Of a DNA stretch of 42,313 nt, positions 24,808-33,450 are shown piece by piece. Made by a program: the position numbers and the translations under genes. The DNA comes from an uncultured Hormoscilla sp. GTDB lineage: Bacteria; Cyanobacteriota; Cyanobacteriia; Cyanobacteriales; Desertifilaceae. The notes beneath the pieces are model-generated. The model did not search any database. It was not told where the DNA came from and saw nothing but the letters and a program-made list of their open reading frames with translations. Numbering within the stretch: position 1 is the first letter of the stretch; every line of letters starts with the position of its first letter. The stretch is from contig CAWUFA030000005.1 of NCBI GenBank assembly GCA_963921275.4, positions 1-42,313 on the forward strand, given 5' to 3'.

Positions 24808-25596
24808 TCAATACCTGATTCCGTTCATTCGTTTTTCATTCAGGGAATCCAGGGCGGTCTTTCCGGCTTCCATAATGCTCGTTTTTTCTGACTTCCAGCT
24901 ATCGTAAAAACCTTCCATGATTTTTGTAAACGACGATTCCTGAAGAAGGAAGTCGAACCCGACCTTCCAAGTTCCTCCAGCCTTGCCGAGTAACCCATCG
25001 GACCGTTCAACAATTTCCAGGGCGGCCTTCCAGCCCTCCAGACCATTGCAGTCTTTCAATCGCTGTCGTAATTTTTTCTTTCTGGACTCTGTCAATTTCT
25101 GAACCCGTGAAAGAGAGTGTCGTTCAGCAAAATCGTTCCACATGTTGACGGCTTTTTTTTCAGGGGTCATTTCATCAGAAATGACAAAAGTTTTAAAACT
25201 TGTTTTAAAACTTATATTATCTTGACGGTTCAATGACGGTTTGGGTGAACGTGGTTCACCCGTGGGGTGAACATGGTTCACCCGTGAACCCTTGACGGAT
25301 AAACGTGGTTCACTTGTATTTTTCAATTTTTCGATATCAATCTGATAACTGTTTACGAAACCGTTTTGTGTTTTTCTTTTATTTTCTATTTCAATCCAGC
25401 CTTCATCTCGGAGTCGTTTCAAGTTTTTTTGAACACCCCTGTCGGATAATCCACATTCCTTCGCTATCCTGGAAACCGAGGGCCATGCCGAGCCGCCTTC
25501 CTCGTTTGAACAGTCTGCTAATTTCAACATGACGATTTTCATTGTTGCCGATGGTAGATTGGCCTTCCATACCAGTGAGGAAACATGAACGCTCAT
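24808..25596 (-). CDS. Replication initiator protein (N-terminal winged HTH)
   Basis: K.V...LAD.....G...WPSV.RIA.ECGLS.R.VQ..L..L...GWI; C-terminal W...FDFLL domain. Confidence 0.8.
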   Translation of the reverse strand: MSVHVSSLVWKANLPSATMKIVMLKLADCSNEEGGSAWPSVSRIAKECGLSDRGVQKNLKRLRDEGWIEIENKRKTQNGFVNSYQIDIEKLKNTSEPRLSVKGSRVNHVHPTGEPRSPKPSLNRQDNISFKTSFKTFVISDEMTPEKKAVNMWNDFAERHSLSRVQKLTESRKKKLRQRLKDCNGLEGWKAALEIVERSDGLLGKAGGTWKVGFDFLLQESSFTKIMEGFYDSWKSEKTSIMEAGKTALDSLNEKRMNGIRY

Positions 25597-25621
25597 TCGA
25601 AAATCCTTCCAAAAAAAACAG

Positions 25622-25654
25622 TTGACAGTCCGAGCACTGTAGTGCAGGCTCGGA
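25622..25654 (+). promoter_or_regulatory. Promoter/operator of the XRE regulator
   Basis: TTGACA then TCCGAGC-N12-GCTCGGA inverted repeat; shares GTTGACAnTCCGAGCAC with the cassette promoters. Confidence 0.65.
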
Positions 25655-25682
25655 AAATTATCAACATGGAAGGAATCAAAAA

Positions 25683-25934
25683 ATGATCGGTGACGCGATA
25701 TCGCACTATCGAAAACAACTCGGCATTACTCAAAAACAGTTATCTGATAAGACGGGAATTGAAAAAGCCCGCGTATGCAGAACGGAGAATGGCAAACACG
25801 AGAACATGCAGATTGAGAGCATTTTCAGATATGCCGAGGGACTTGAAGTCGATCCCTGTGAGTTGATCAAGTCGCACGAAAAGTACAATTCACCGGCTGA
25901 TAACAGGGGATTTTTGCAGCGGGTTTTTTCGTGA
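25683..25934 (+). CDS. XRE-family HTH transcriptional regulator
   Basis: IG..I..YRK..GITQKQLS..TGI....V.R.ENG ... A..L.V...ELI. Confidence 0.9.
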   Translation: MIGDAISHYRKQLGITQKQLSDKTGIEKARVCRTENGKHENMQIESIFRYAEGLEVDPCELIKSHEKYNSPADNRGFLQRVFS

Positions 25935-25999
25935 TTAAAATCCCTCAAGGCAAGAAAGACTCGAATAAATTACATGACTACGATTGAAGGGAAAGACCA

Positions 26000-26443
26000 A
26001 TGAAAAAAATGATTTTAACGCTTGCTGTAACATTTTTGTTTACAGCACCGGCCAACGCCTTGAGTGAACGGGAATATCAGATCGGGATGATCAACCTGTT
26101 TTATGAGTTTTTTTATTTACACAAATACGGCGGGTTGAGTGATGAAGGTCCAAACGCTGGAAAGTGGTTCAATGAGGGTCTTGGTCTCGAGTGGAAGCAA
26201 AAAGTAAAAGCCCTCAGCACTCAAGCCGACGCCGAAGGCAAAAGTCCTATCTGCATTAAGATTTTAGACACGATCCAAAATGACGCAGTCTGTATGGTTC
26301 ATTTAGACATGCTGCGAGCGATTGAAAATACTGATCATTATAATCTTCAGACGATGGTTGATGGCCTGGTTGCGAAGTTTTGGTTGGCGTCTGTCTGTTT
26401 CGAGAAAGCCGATCCAGATTGTGTTGCCGACAACTATGAATAG
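26000..26443 (+). CDS. Secreted/periplasmic hypothetical protein
   Basis: Signal peptide MKKMILTLAVTFLFTAPANA; four Cys residues. Confidence 0.7.
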   Translation: MKKMILTLAVTFLFTAPANALSEREYQIGMINLFYEFFYLHKYGGLSDEGPNAGKWFNEGLGLEWKQKVKALSTQADAEGKSPICIKILDTIQNDAVCMVHLDMLRAIENTDHYNLQTMVDGLVAKFWLASVCFEKADPDCVADNYE

Positions 26444-26720
26444 TATCGGCACCCTGATGGGAACGATTGAAATCGCCGCCGGCGATCCCATGCGGATAAC
26501 AATCAGGGACCCGGCATATTCCCGACCAATCCGGTGCTGGGTCCCCGCAAGCCTGATTGATCAAGTTTACGAATATCAGGGCGGGCGAGTGGAAATAACC
26601 GGCCCCGTTGAGTATGCGGCCGACGGGAAACCGGAATCAATACAGGTGCAGTCTATCGAGTCTATGGACGATGATCTTCCGACGCCAGGCGACGTTAGGA
26701 ACATTCTGGTCGATGAATAA
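26436..26720 (+). CDS. Hypothetical protein (OB-fold-like)
   Basis: Overlaps both neighbours; G.RVEITG.V.Y...G.P..I.V pattern. Confidence 0.55.
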   Translation: MNSIGTLMGTIEIAAGDPMRITIRDPAYSRPIRCWVPASLIDQVYEYQGGRVEITGPVEYAADGKPESIQVQSIESMDDDLPTPGDVRNILVDE

Positions 26721-27516
26721 ACTCGAAATAATTTCCCTTGGAGCGGGCGTTCAATCCACAACGATGGCCCTGATGGCTGCCCATAAAGAAATCACCCCGA
26801 TGCCTGACTGTGCTATTTTTGCGGATACAGAGGCGGAGCCGAAACCAGTTTACGAACATCTTCAATGGTTGAAAAAAATCTTGCCGTTTCCAGTTTACAC
26901 CGCTTCCGCCGGGTCATTGAAGGACGCGGCGTTGGCCGCGCTCAAAGACAAAAACCTTCCAGGTACACCGCCTTTTTTCACAGTTGATAACAAGGGCCGC
27001 CCTGGAAGAATGTCAAGGCAATGCACGACCGACTTTAAAGTTATGCCGATTCGTAGAAAGATTCGCAAACTTCTGAATAAAGGTCCGAATGATTACATTC
27101 CTGCAAAAGCGGTAAGGCTATGGATAGGAATAAGCGCCGACGAGGCTGTACGATACAAGCCGTCAAGGGTGAAATATATTGAACACCGTTACCCGCTTTT
27201 GGAGGGCGTTGATCGGCAGGACGGCTTGTGGATGAAGCGGCAAGATTGTTTGGCCTGGATGAAAAAGAATGATTATAAAATGCCGCCCCGTTCCGCCTGT
27301 ACGTTTTGCCCGAACCGATCAAACGCAGACTGGAAATGGTTAAAAGAAAATGACCCCAAAGGGTTCCAAGACGCCATTGAGTTTGAGGGAGACGCCCAGA
27401 CAATCACATCTGATCTTTATCTTCATCAAAAAATTAAACCGTTAGCTGAAATTGATTTTGACGAGTCGTCACAATTAAACTGGTTGAACGAATGCGAAGG
27501 AATGTGTGGAATTTAA
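26713..27516 (+). CDS. PAPS-reductase-like (PP-loop) phage protein
   Basis: ISLGAGVQST, IFADT..E, RQCT..FK..PI, IGIS.DE and PPRSAC.FCP motifs; ends in ECEGMCG. Confidence 0.8.
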   Translation: MNKLEIISLGAGVQSTTMALMAAHKEITPMPDCAIFADTEAEPKPVYEHLQWLKKILPFPVYTASAGSLKDAALAALKDKNLPGTPPFFTVDNKGRPGRMSRQCTTDFKVMPIRRKIRKLLNKGPNDYIPAKAVRLWIGISADEAVRYKPSRVKYIEHRYPLLEGVDRQDGLWMKRQDCLAWMKKNDYKMPPRSACTFCPNRSNADWKWLKENDPKGFQDAIEFEGDAQTITSDLYLHQKIKPLAEIDFDESSQLNWLNECEGMCGI

Positions 27517-27518
27517 GC

Positions 27519-27953
27519 ATGGCAAAACGAGGCGCAAAACGAAAGGAGTTTGACCTTGCGACCGTTGAAGGCCTGGGACGAATCCAGTGCACGAACAATG
27601 AAGTTGCCGCAGTTCTGGGAATAGACCCCGACACAGTTTATGAGCGTTTAAAAGAAAAAGGTGATTTTTACGAAGCACTGGAAGGCGGAAGAAATAGGGG
27701 ACGCGCCTCATTGAGGCGGCTCCAGATGCGGGCCGCTGAGGAATTGAACCCGACGATGCTTATATGGTTAGGGAAACAGTGTCTCGACCAAACCGACCGC
27801 CTCGACCTGAAGGCTGAAAGTAAAATAAAGCTAGAGGCCGCGCCTGATCTTTCTGTTCTTTCGGTTGAAGAATTGAAGGCGTTAAAAGCGATGTCGGCAA
27901 AAGTGATTGAGCACAAGCCCGCCGACACAAGCAACAGGGCGAAATTAAAATGA
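27519..27953 (+). CDS. terS: Terminase small subunit
   Basis: N-terminal HTH, G...GRASLRR.Q and NPTMLIWLGKQ.L.Q.D motifs. Confidence 0.75.
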   Translation: MAKRGAKRKEFDLATVEGLGRIQCTNNEVAAVLGIDPDTVYERLKEKGDFYEALEGGRNRGRASLRRLQMRAAEELNPTMLIWLGKQCLDQTDRLDLKAESKIKLEAAPDLSVLSVEELKALKAMSAKVIEHKPADTSNRAKLK

Positions 27954-28543
27954 TTGAATTAAAACACATTTCGCCCGATTCCTTAAAGCCGTATAAGCGT
28001 AACGCAAGGGTTCACTCGGACCGACAAATTAAACAGCTGGTAGCTTCAATTAAAGAGTTCGGTTTCACCAGTCCAGTGGTGATTGACGAGAAAAAAAACG
28101 TCATAGCAGGTCATGGAAGATTAGCCGCAGCGAAACGCCTCAAGCTGGAAACAGTTCCTTGCGTTGAAGCAAAAAACTTGACAACGAAACAAGCTCGCTC
28201 ATTGAGGATCGCCGATAACAAAATTGCTGAATCGGCGATATGGGATTTCGATCTTCTCAAGGAAGAAATTAAAGACTTGGACCTATCAGCGTTCGGCCTG
28301 GACATTCTTCCTTCTATTGGTGAAATCGCTGACGATGTTGAAGAAAATTGGAAGGGTATGCCAGAGTTTAACCCGCCCCGCGATTACTTCAAACGCATGG
28401 TTATAACCTGGGAAACAGAAGCCGAGTGGTTAGCGTTCGCAGAACGAGAGGGAATTAATCCAGACCGAAAGAAAGAAGGAAGATTTTCTTACCCGCTTCA
28501 AAAACAGGACGGCAATCAGGATCGGATTTACATCGATGAATAA
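27950..28543 (+). CDS. ParB/Srx N-terminal domain protein 1
   Basis: LKPY.RNARVHS..QI.QL..SI.EFGFT.P, IAGHGRL.AA and IADNKIAE motifs. Confidence 0.9.
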   Translation: MIELKHISPDSLKPYKRNARVHSDRQIKQLVASIKEFGFTSPVVIDEKKNVIAGHGRLAAAKRLKLETVPCVEAKNLTTKQARSLRIADNKIAESAIWDFDLLKEEIKDLDLSAFGLDILPSIGEIADDVEENWKGMPEFNPPRDYFKRMVITWETEAEWLAFAEREGINPDRKKEGRFSYPLQKQDGNQDRIYIDE

Positions 28544-29423
28544 AACACCGATTTACATTTTGTCAAAGAACAGGGCCTATTTAATTAAACGAAAATACAC
28601 GATAAGAATCCTTCAAGAAATGAACAGGGCTTTTTATGTTATCGTTGAAGATACCGACGTTGAAGATTACGCGCGGGCTCTCGGATCAGATAAAAACCTT
28701 CTGGTTCTTCCTCAAAAATATAAACAGGAATACGAGCTATGCGACAACCGAGGATTGAGCGTTTCGACAGGTCCAGGTCCCGCAAGGAATTTCGCGTGGA
28801 GTCATTCCATTGATCAAGGACACCGCTGGCATTGGGTAATGGACGACAACATTAATGACTTTTTTCGGCTCAATGGAGACTTGAGCAAAAGAGCGAAAAC
28901 CGCTCAAATATTTTCAGCAATGGAAGACTTCTGTGACCAGTTTGAGAATGTCGCTATGGCAGGCCCAGAATACCAGTGGCATGTCCGAGATAAAAAACGG
29001 CCCTATATGTTGAACACAAAAATCTTCTCGTGTAATTTGATCCGTAACGATATTCCTTTTCGGTGGCGTGGCCGGTATAACGAGGATACAATTTTAAGTC
29101 TCGACATTCTCAAAGCGGGGTGGTGCACAGTTCAATTCAAAGCGTTTTTACAAAACAAGGAATGTACGCAACTTCTGAAAGGCGGCAACACAGACGAGTT
29201 CTATTCCAGTGAAGGGACGTATTTGAAGTCAAAAATGCTCGTTGAACAACATGGCGATTGCGCAAAACTGGTGAAGAAATATGGTCGGCCGCATCATCAT
29301 GTAAATTATCGTCGGTTTAAACAGAAATTAATTAAGAAGAAGAACCCGCCGCCGCTTAAAAAGTACAAAATGAAATTGGTTGATAATCCAGGCTGGAAGC
29401 CGGTGGACAGTCGTCATGAGTAA
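28536..29423 (+). CDS. TAGT/GREB1-like DNA glycosyltransferase
   Basis: PIYI.SK.R, GPARNFAW.HS, WVMDDNI, SCNLI, WRGRYNEDT.LSL, KGGNTDE and GRPHHHVNY motifs. Confidence 0.75.
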   Translation: MNKTPIYILSKNRAYLIKRKYTIRILQEMNRAFYVIVEDTDVEDYARALGSDKNLLVLPQKYKQEYELCDNRGLSVSTGPGPARNFAWSHSIDQGHRWHWVMDDNINDFFRLNGDLSKRAKTAQIFSAMEDFCDQFENVAMAGPEYQWHVRDKKRPYMLNTKIFSCNLIRNDIPFRWRGRYNEDTILSLDILKAGWCTVQFKAFLQNKECTQLLKGGNTDEFYSSEGTYLKSKMLVEQHGDCAKLVKKYGRPHHHVNYRRFKQKLIKKKNPPPLKKYKMKLVDNPGWKPVDSRHE

Positions 29424-29895
29424 AATTCAGGACCTTCCACCCGATTCGCTGAAGCCTTATAAAAAAAATGCCAGAGTTCACTCAGTTAAACAAATAGAAC
29501 AAATTGCCGCGTCAATTCAGGAGTTCGGGTTCACCTCTCCTGTGATAATAGACGAAAACAAAAACGTCATAGCAGGGCATGGGCGGCTGGAGGCCGCGAA
29601 GGTTCTGAACATGGAGTCGGTACCCTGTGTTGAGGTTCGGGGCCTCACAAAAACGCAACGGCGAAAACTAGTAATAGCTGACAACAAAATTGCAGAGAAC
29701 GCAACCTGGGACTGGGACGTTCTCAAAAGTGAGTTAATTGACCTGGGTGATTTTAAAAATACAGGAATGACAAAATACGATTACGACTGGATTGTTAGCA
29801 AGGATCAATTCTATTCAAGCGTTAAAGAATATTCAGAAAAAGACTTTTCAGAGTTTAAACACAAGTGCCCAAGGTGTAAATTTGAATTCGACTAG
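29416..29895 (+). CDS. ParB/Srx N-terminal domain protein 2 with C-terminal CPxC
   Basis: Close paralog of 27950..28543; ends in HKCPRCKFEFD. Confidence 0.9.
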   Translation: MSKIQDLPPDSLKPYKKNARVHSVKQIEQIAASIQEFGFTSPVIIDENKNVIAGHGRLEAAKVLNMESVPCVEVRGLTKTQRRKLVIADNKIAENATWDWDVLKSELIDLGDFKNTGMTKYDYDWIVSKDQFYSSVKEYSEKDFSEFKHKCPRCKFEFD

Positions 29896-30901
29896 TTGGA
29901 ACCTATCAGATCTAAAATCGCCACCAGATGATGCACCGACCGTATTCAGCTGTTTCGCTGGTGCAGGTGGTTCCAGCATGGGATATCAACTTGCAGGATT
30001 CCGGTCGCTCGGCTGTCTGGAAATCGATAAAAAGATGGTTGAAGCTTATCAAAAAAATCTCAACCCCGTTCACTGTTATCATGAGCCGATTGCAGAATTC
30101 AACCAGCGGCCTGACCTTCCCGATGAATTGTATTCGCTGGATGTTCTGGACGGCTCTCCACCTTGCACTGTTTTTTCCTATGCCGCTGCGCTTAAGGGGG
30201 GCAGGGAAACTCAATGGCAAAAAAAAAGAAAATTCCATGAAGGAAATGCCGAGCAAATACTTGACGACCTGTTTTTTGACTTCATCAAAACCGTTCAAAA
30301 ACTGAAGCCGAAGCTAGTGGTAGCCGAGAACGTTCCAGGTCTTACAAAAGGATCGGCTCGCGGATATGTCAAGCATATATTTCAGAAGTTGAAGGCCGCA
30401 GATTATAAAGTCCAGATGTTCCTTCTGGACGCCGCTATGATGGGCGTTCCTCAAAGGCGGCAACGCGTTTTTTTTATAGCCCGAAGGAAGGACCTGAACC
30501 TTCCAGCGTTTAAACTGGATTTTAATCAGAAGCTAATTTCTTTCGCTGAAGCAACCAAAGATTTGCCGCCAGACAATGTTGAAAATGCGACTGAGAGGCA
30601 AAAAGATTTGTACGATAGAATCTCTCAAGGAAGGGGTTTTAAAGACATTTTTGGCGGTAACTCATTTTTTAATAACACTCGAATCAGGCCCGACAATCCA
30701 ATTCCAACAATGACGGCTCATCGAGATTTATATCATCCCGAAATAAAAAGACTTCTGAACACAGCCGAGCTAATTCGTTGCCAGACTTTTCCTGATGATT
30801 ACGATTTTTTAAAAAGGCATTCATGGTACTTCCTTGGAATGAGCGTACCGCCTAAAATGATGGAAGGGGTGGCAAAAGAATTAAGGGCGGTCCTGTGTTA
30901 A
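29882..30901 (+). CDS. C5-cytosine DNA methyltransferase (start uncertain; ORF open from 29792)
   Basis: FAGAGG, GSPPC, ENV, PQRRQRVFFIA and Q.FP..Y motifs. Confidence 0.92.
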   Translation: MNSTSWNLSDLKSPPDDAPTVFSCFAGAGGSSMGYQLAGFRSLGCLEIDKKMVEAYQKNLNPVHCYHEPIAEFNQRPDLPDELYSLDVLDGSPPCTVFSYAAALKGGRETQWQKKRKFHEGNAEQILDDLFFDFIKTVQKLKPKLVVAENVPGLTKGSARGYVKHIFQKLKAADYKVQMFLLDAAMMGVPQRRQRVFFIARRKDLNLPAFKLDFNQKLISFAEATKDLPPDNVENATERQKDLYDRISQGRGFKDIFGGNSFFNNTRIRPDNPIPTMTAHRDLYHPEIKRLLNTAELIRCQTFPDDYDFLKRHSWYFLGMSVPPKMMEGVAKELRAVLC

Positions 30902-32343
30902 ATTTGGAGAAAATAGATCCCGCCGCCCTGAACCTTGAAGCGATTAACGCTGCGCTTGCAGAACGATCACTCTATGAGTTTATAAAACAGTTCTGGAGTA
31001 CGATGGCCCCGGTTGAGTTTGTCGACGGGTGGCATATCGAAGCAATTTGTGAACATTTGGAAGCCGTTTCACGTGGCGAAATCCGTCGGCTGATTATAAA
31101 TATTCCTCCGAAGCATATGAAGTCGATTGCAGCTTCGGTTGCGTTTCCGGCGTGGGTCTGGTGCCAAAAAGAGTCGGGGCCTTTGGCGGGTCCACAAGTG
31201 CGTTTCAGTTTTGCGAGTTATGCACAGCGGCTATCAATTCGTGACAGCACTGCAACTAGGGCGGTGATCAGTTCACCGCTTTATCAATCCAGATGGTCAC
31301 ACCGCTTTATAATGAACGACGACCAGAACACGAAGATACGTTTCGACAACGATCAAGGCGGCGCCCGGTTTGCAACCAGTGTTCGAGGTGCGTTGACTGG
31401 ATTAGGGGCGGACTGTCTGGTTATCGACGACGCTCATAATATGGTTGAAAGAGAATCGGCAACGATCAGGCAAGGAGTAATTGACTGGTTCGACGCGGCA
31501 GTCACTTCACAGTTAAACGACATTAGAACAGGCGCGATTATCGTGATCATGCAGCGGGTTCATTATCAGGATTTGACTGGACACCTGTTGGACCGAGGCG
31601 GCTGGACTCATTTGTGTTTGCCCGCCAGATATGAGCCCGATCACTTTGCGGCTTTTCCTGATGATTCACGCACCGCCGCCCGTGAATTGCTATGGCCTGA
31701 ACGGTTTCCCGAAAAAGAATTAACTCAACTCGAAACAGACCTCGGAAGCTACGCCGCCGCTGGTCAACTCCAGCAACGGCCCGCGCCTAGAGAGGGCGGC
31801 ATGTTTAAACGCCGCTGGATTGAAACTGTGGACGCTGTACCGGCTGGCGGACAGACAGTTCGGGGCTGGGATTTGGCCGCGACGGAAGGCGGCGCATATA
31901 CCGCAGGGGTGAAGCTCACAAAGGTCGACGGCGTTTATTATATCGAAGACGTCATTCGGTTCAGGGGTTCACCGAAAGAAGTTGAAACCGCTATGACGTC
32001 AGCGGCTTCCAGCGATGGAAAGAATGTCGGTATAGACTTTCCGCAAGACCCCGGGCAAGCCGGGAAGGCTCAAGCGGTTCACCTGTCGAAATTGCTTGCG
32101 GGGTATAATGTGAGATCGTCACCGGAATCGGGCTCAAAAACAACCCGGGCTGAAGCGATATCAGCACAGGCGGAAGCGGGGAATCTCAAACTGGTGCGGG
32201 GCCCGTGGAACCAAGCCTTCTTAGATGAAGCGGCTGCTTTTCCTAACTCGGATTACATGGATCAGGTCGACGCCCTGTCCAGAGCGTTTCACCGGTTGAC
32301 TGTTCAGCGAAAGCGCCCGCAGGTTGTTTCTGGTGTGATATAA
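30895..32343 (+). CDS. terL: Terminase large subunit
   Basis: LIINIPP.H.KS Walker A, LVIDD, IMQR.H..DL, GWDLA and FP....DQVDA motifs. Confidence 0.95.
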   Translation: MLNLEKIDPAALNLEAINAALAERSLYEFIKQFWSTMAPVEFVDGWHIEAICEHLEAVSRGEIRRLIINIPPKHMKSIAASVAFPAWVWCQKESGPLAGPQVRFSFASYAQRLSIRDSTATRAVISSPLYQSRWSHRFIMNDDQNTKIRFDNDQGGARFATSVRGALTGLGADCLVIDDAHNMVERESATIRQGVIDWFDAAVTSQLNDIRTGAIIVIMQRVHYQDLTGHLLDRGGWTHLCLPARYEPDHFAAFPDDSRTAARELLWPERFPEKELTQLETDLGSYAAAGQLQQRPAPREGGMFKRRWIETVDAVPAGGQTVRGWDLAATEGGAYTAGVKLTKVDGVYYIEDVIRFRGSPKEVETAMTSAASSDGKNVGIDFPQDPGQAGKAQAVHLSKLLAGYNVRSSPESGSKTTRAEAISAQAEAGNLKLVRGPWNQAFLDEAAAFPNSDYMDQVDALSRAFHRLTVQRKRPQVVSGVI

Positions 32344-32366
32344 AAAAGGGGAGCCCGAAGGCCCCC
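32342..32366 (-). terminator. Intrinsic terminator of cassette E
   Basis: A6-gggg(a)gcc-cgaa-ggccccc hairpin. Confidence 0.7.
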
Positions 32367-32381
32367 AATGTTTGAATCGGC

Positions 32382-32804
32382 TTACATGAAATAAACATTT
32401 TCGTCATCGTCAATCATTTTTTCTTTGGCTAGCCACACCGGAACGTAGATGAAATCGGAACGTTCTTTGATGTCTGCGACGAAGTTTTTGTCGGCGCCCT
32501 TGACCTGGGACTTCGGCAAAATCACCGCGTGTCCGTGGGTGACGATCCGGATGGCCTTTTCGGAAATCGACTGGATTTTTGTGCAGTGGATTTTGTAGTG
32601 CGGCTTTCCGGAAGTGAAAGCCTTCGGGGCTTTTGCTTCGGCCCGGGCTTTCTCACCGGCAGGGGTCAGGGTTCCGTCTTTGCGAAGCATTTTCGGAGCG
32701 ATCCAATATTCTTTATCTTCATCAGTCTGAAGAAGATAGGCTCCACGCTGCGAGATTTTTTTAATGGTGTCCTGATTTTCAATTTTTTCATTAACGTCAA
32801 ACAT
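32382..32804 (-). CDS. Cassette protein with EKA...LPKSQ...VP.WLA small phage domain
   Basis: AGGAGA RBS, hairpin leader and cassette promoter. Confidence 0.75.
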   Translation of the reverse strand: MFDVNEKIENQDTIKKISQRGAYLLQTDEDKEYWIAPKMLRKDGTLTPAGEKARAEAKAPKAFTSGKPHYKIHCTKIQSISEKAIRIVTHGHAVILPKSQVKGADKNFVADIKERSDFIYVPVWLAKEKMIDDDENVYFM

Positions 32805-32850
32805 TTTTTTCTCCTGTGTTTGGGGTGTTTTCCCCGTTGTTCATAGTCTT

Positions 32851-32931
32851 AATATAGCCCGAAGTGTCTCAACTGTCAACAGAAAAAACGCACTTTTTTC
32901 AATTTTTCTTTTTTTTAATATCAATGACTTG
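32851..32931 (-). promoter_or_regulatory. Cassette promoter E with IHF-consensus site
   Basis: TTGACA-17-TATATT, same UP tract as the other copies; TATCAATGACTTG at 32919. Confidence 0.75.
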
Positions 32932-33025
32932 TCGGAAATCTCAAAAAAAACTTTAATGCCGATCAAAGAAAAGTGCTGTTTTTTGGAGCTGGAGTTAAAA
33001 GAGAATCGGCAAGAAAAAAAGCACC

Positions 33026-33054
33026 TTGACACCGAAGGCATCTTATAATATAAC
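33026..33054 (+). promoter_or_regulatory. Divergent sigma70-like promoter
   Basis: TTGACA-CCGAAGGCATCTTATAA-TATAAC; spacer resembles the one at 23353. Confidence 0.75.
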
Positions 33055-33097
33055 GGAATTATCCGGGCAATGTTGCCTGTTGATAAGGAGAAAAATT

Positions 33098-33355
33098 ATG
33101 TTTTACGAAACCCCGTGGTATCAAGAAATGCCGCAATATAAAAAGGCCTTTTTTGCTAGTCTTTACGAAGAAGTTCTTTCCAGAATCACTTGGAGAGAAG
33201 CCGAAGACGATGAACAATTAAACGAATTAATGATGAAATGGTTCTTTGATCTGGCCGCTGATCAATCAGAAGATATCTACACCTGGTACGACGATGACGA
33301 AAAATTAGATGCCGACCTTGATGAAGTTTTTGAGGCGCTTTCGCTTCATATTTAA
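33098..33355 (+). CDS. Small highly acidic protein (DNA-mimic candidate)
   Basis: TAAGGAG RBS; 23 D/E versus 6 K/R in 85 aa; own promoter and terminator. Confidence 0.8.
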   Translation: MFYETPWYQEMPQYKKAFFASLYEEVLSRITWREAEDDEQLNELMMKWFFDLAADQSEDIYTWYDDDEKLDADLDEVFEALSLHI

Positions 33356-33370
33356 TTGTGTTTAAATCTG

Positions 33371-33399
33371 GACCCCGCCATTGTGCGGGGTCTTTCTTT
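33371..33399 (+). terminator. Intrinsic terminator
   Basis: gaccccgc-cattgt-gcggggtc followed by tttcttt. Confidence 0.8.
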
Positions 33400-33450
33400 G
33401 GCGATATTTGCCGCCTTGATCCTTGACCCCGCAAGGGTTAAACTCCTTCC

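Noticed and set aside
25683..25934. XRE gene as proof of a temperate lifestyle
   Set aside because: No integrase, att site or partition ATPase recognised; the regulator is as easily explained by cassette control
27950..29895. ParB genes as evidence for a plasmid-prophage partition system
   Set aside because: No ParA or parS seen; these are ParB/Srx N-terminal domains in a terminase/modification context
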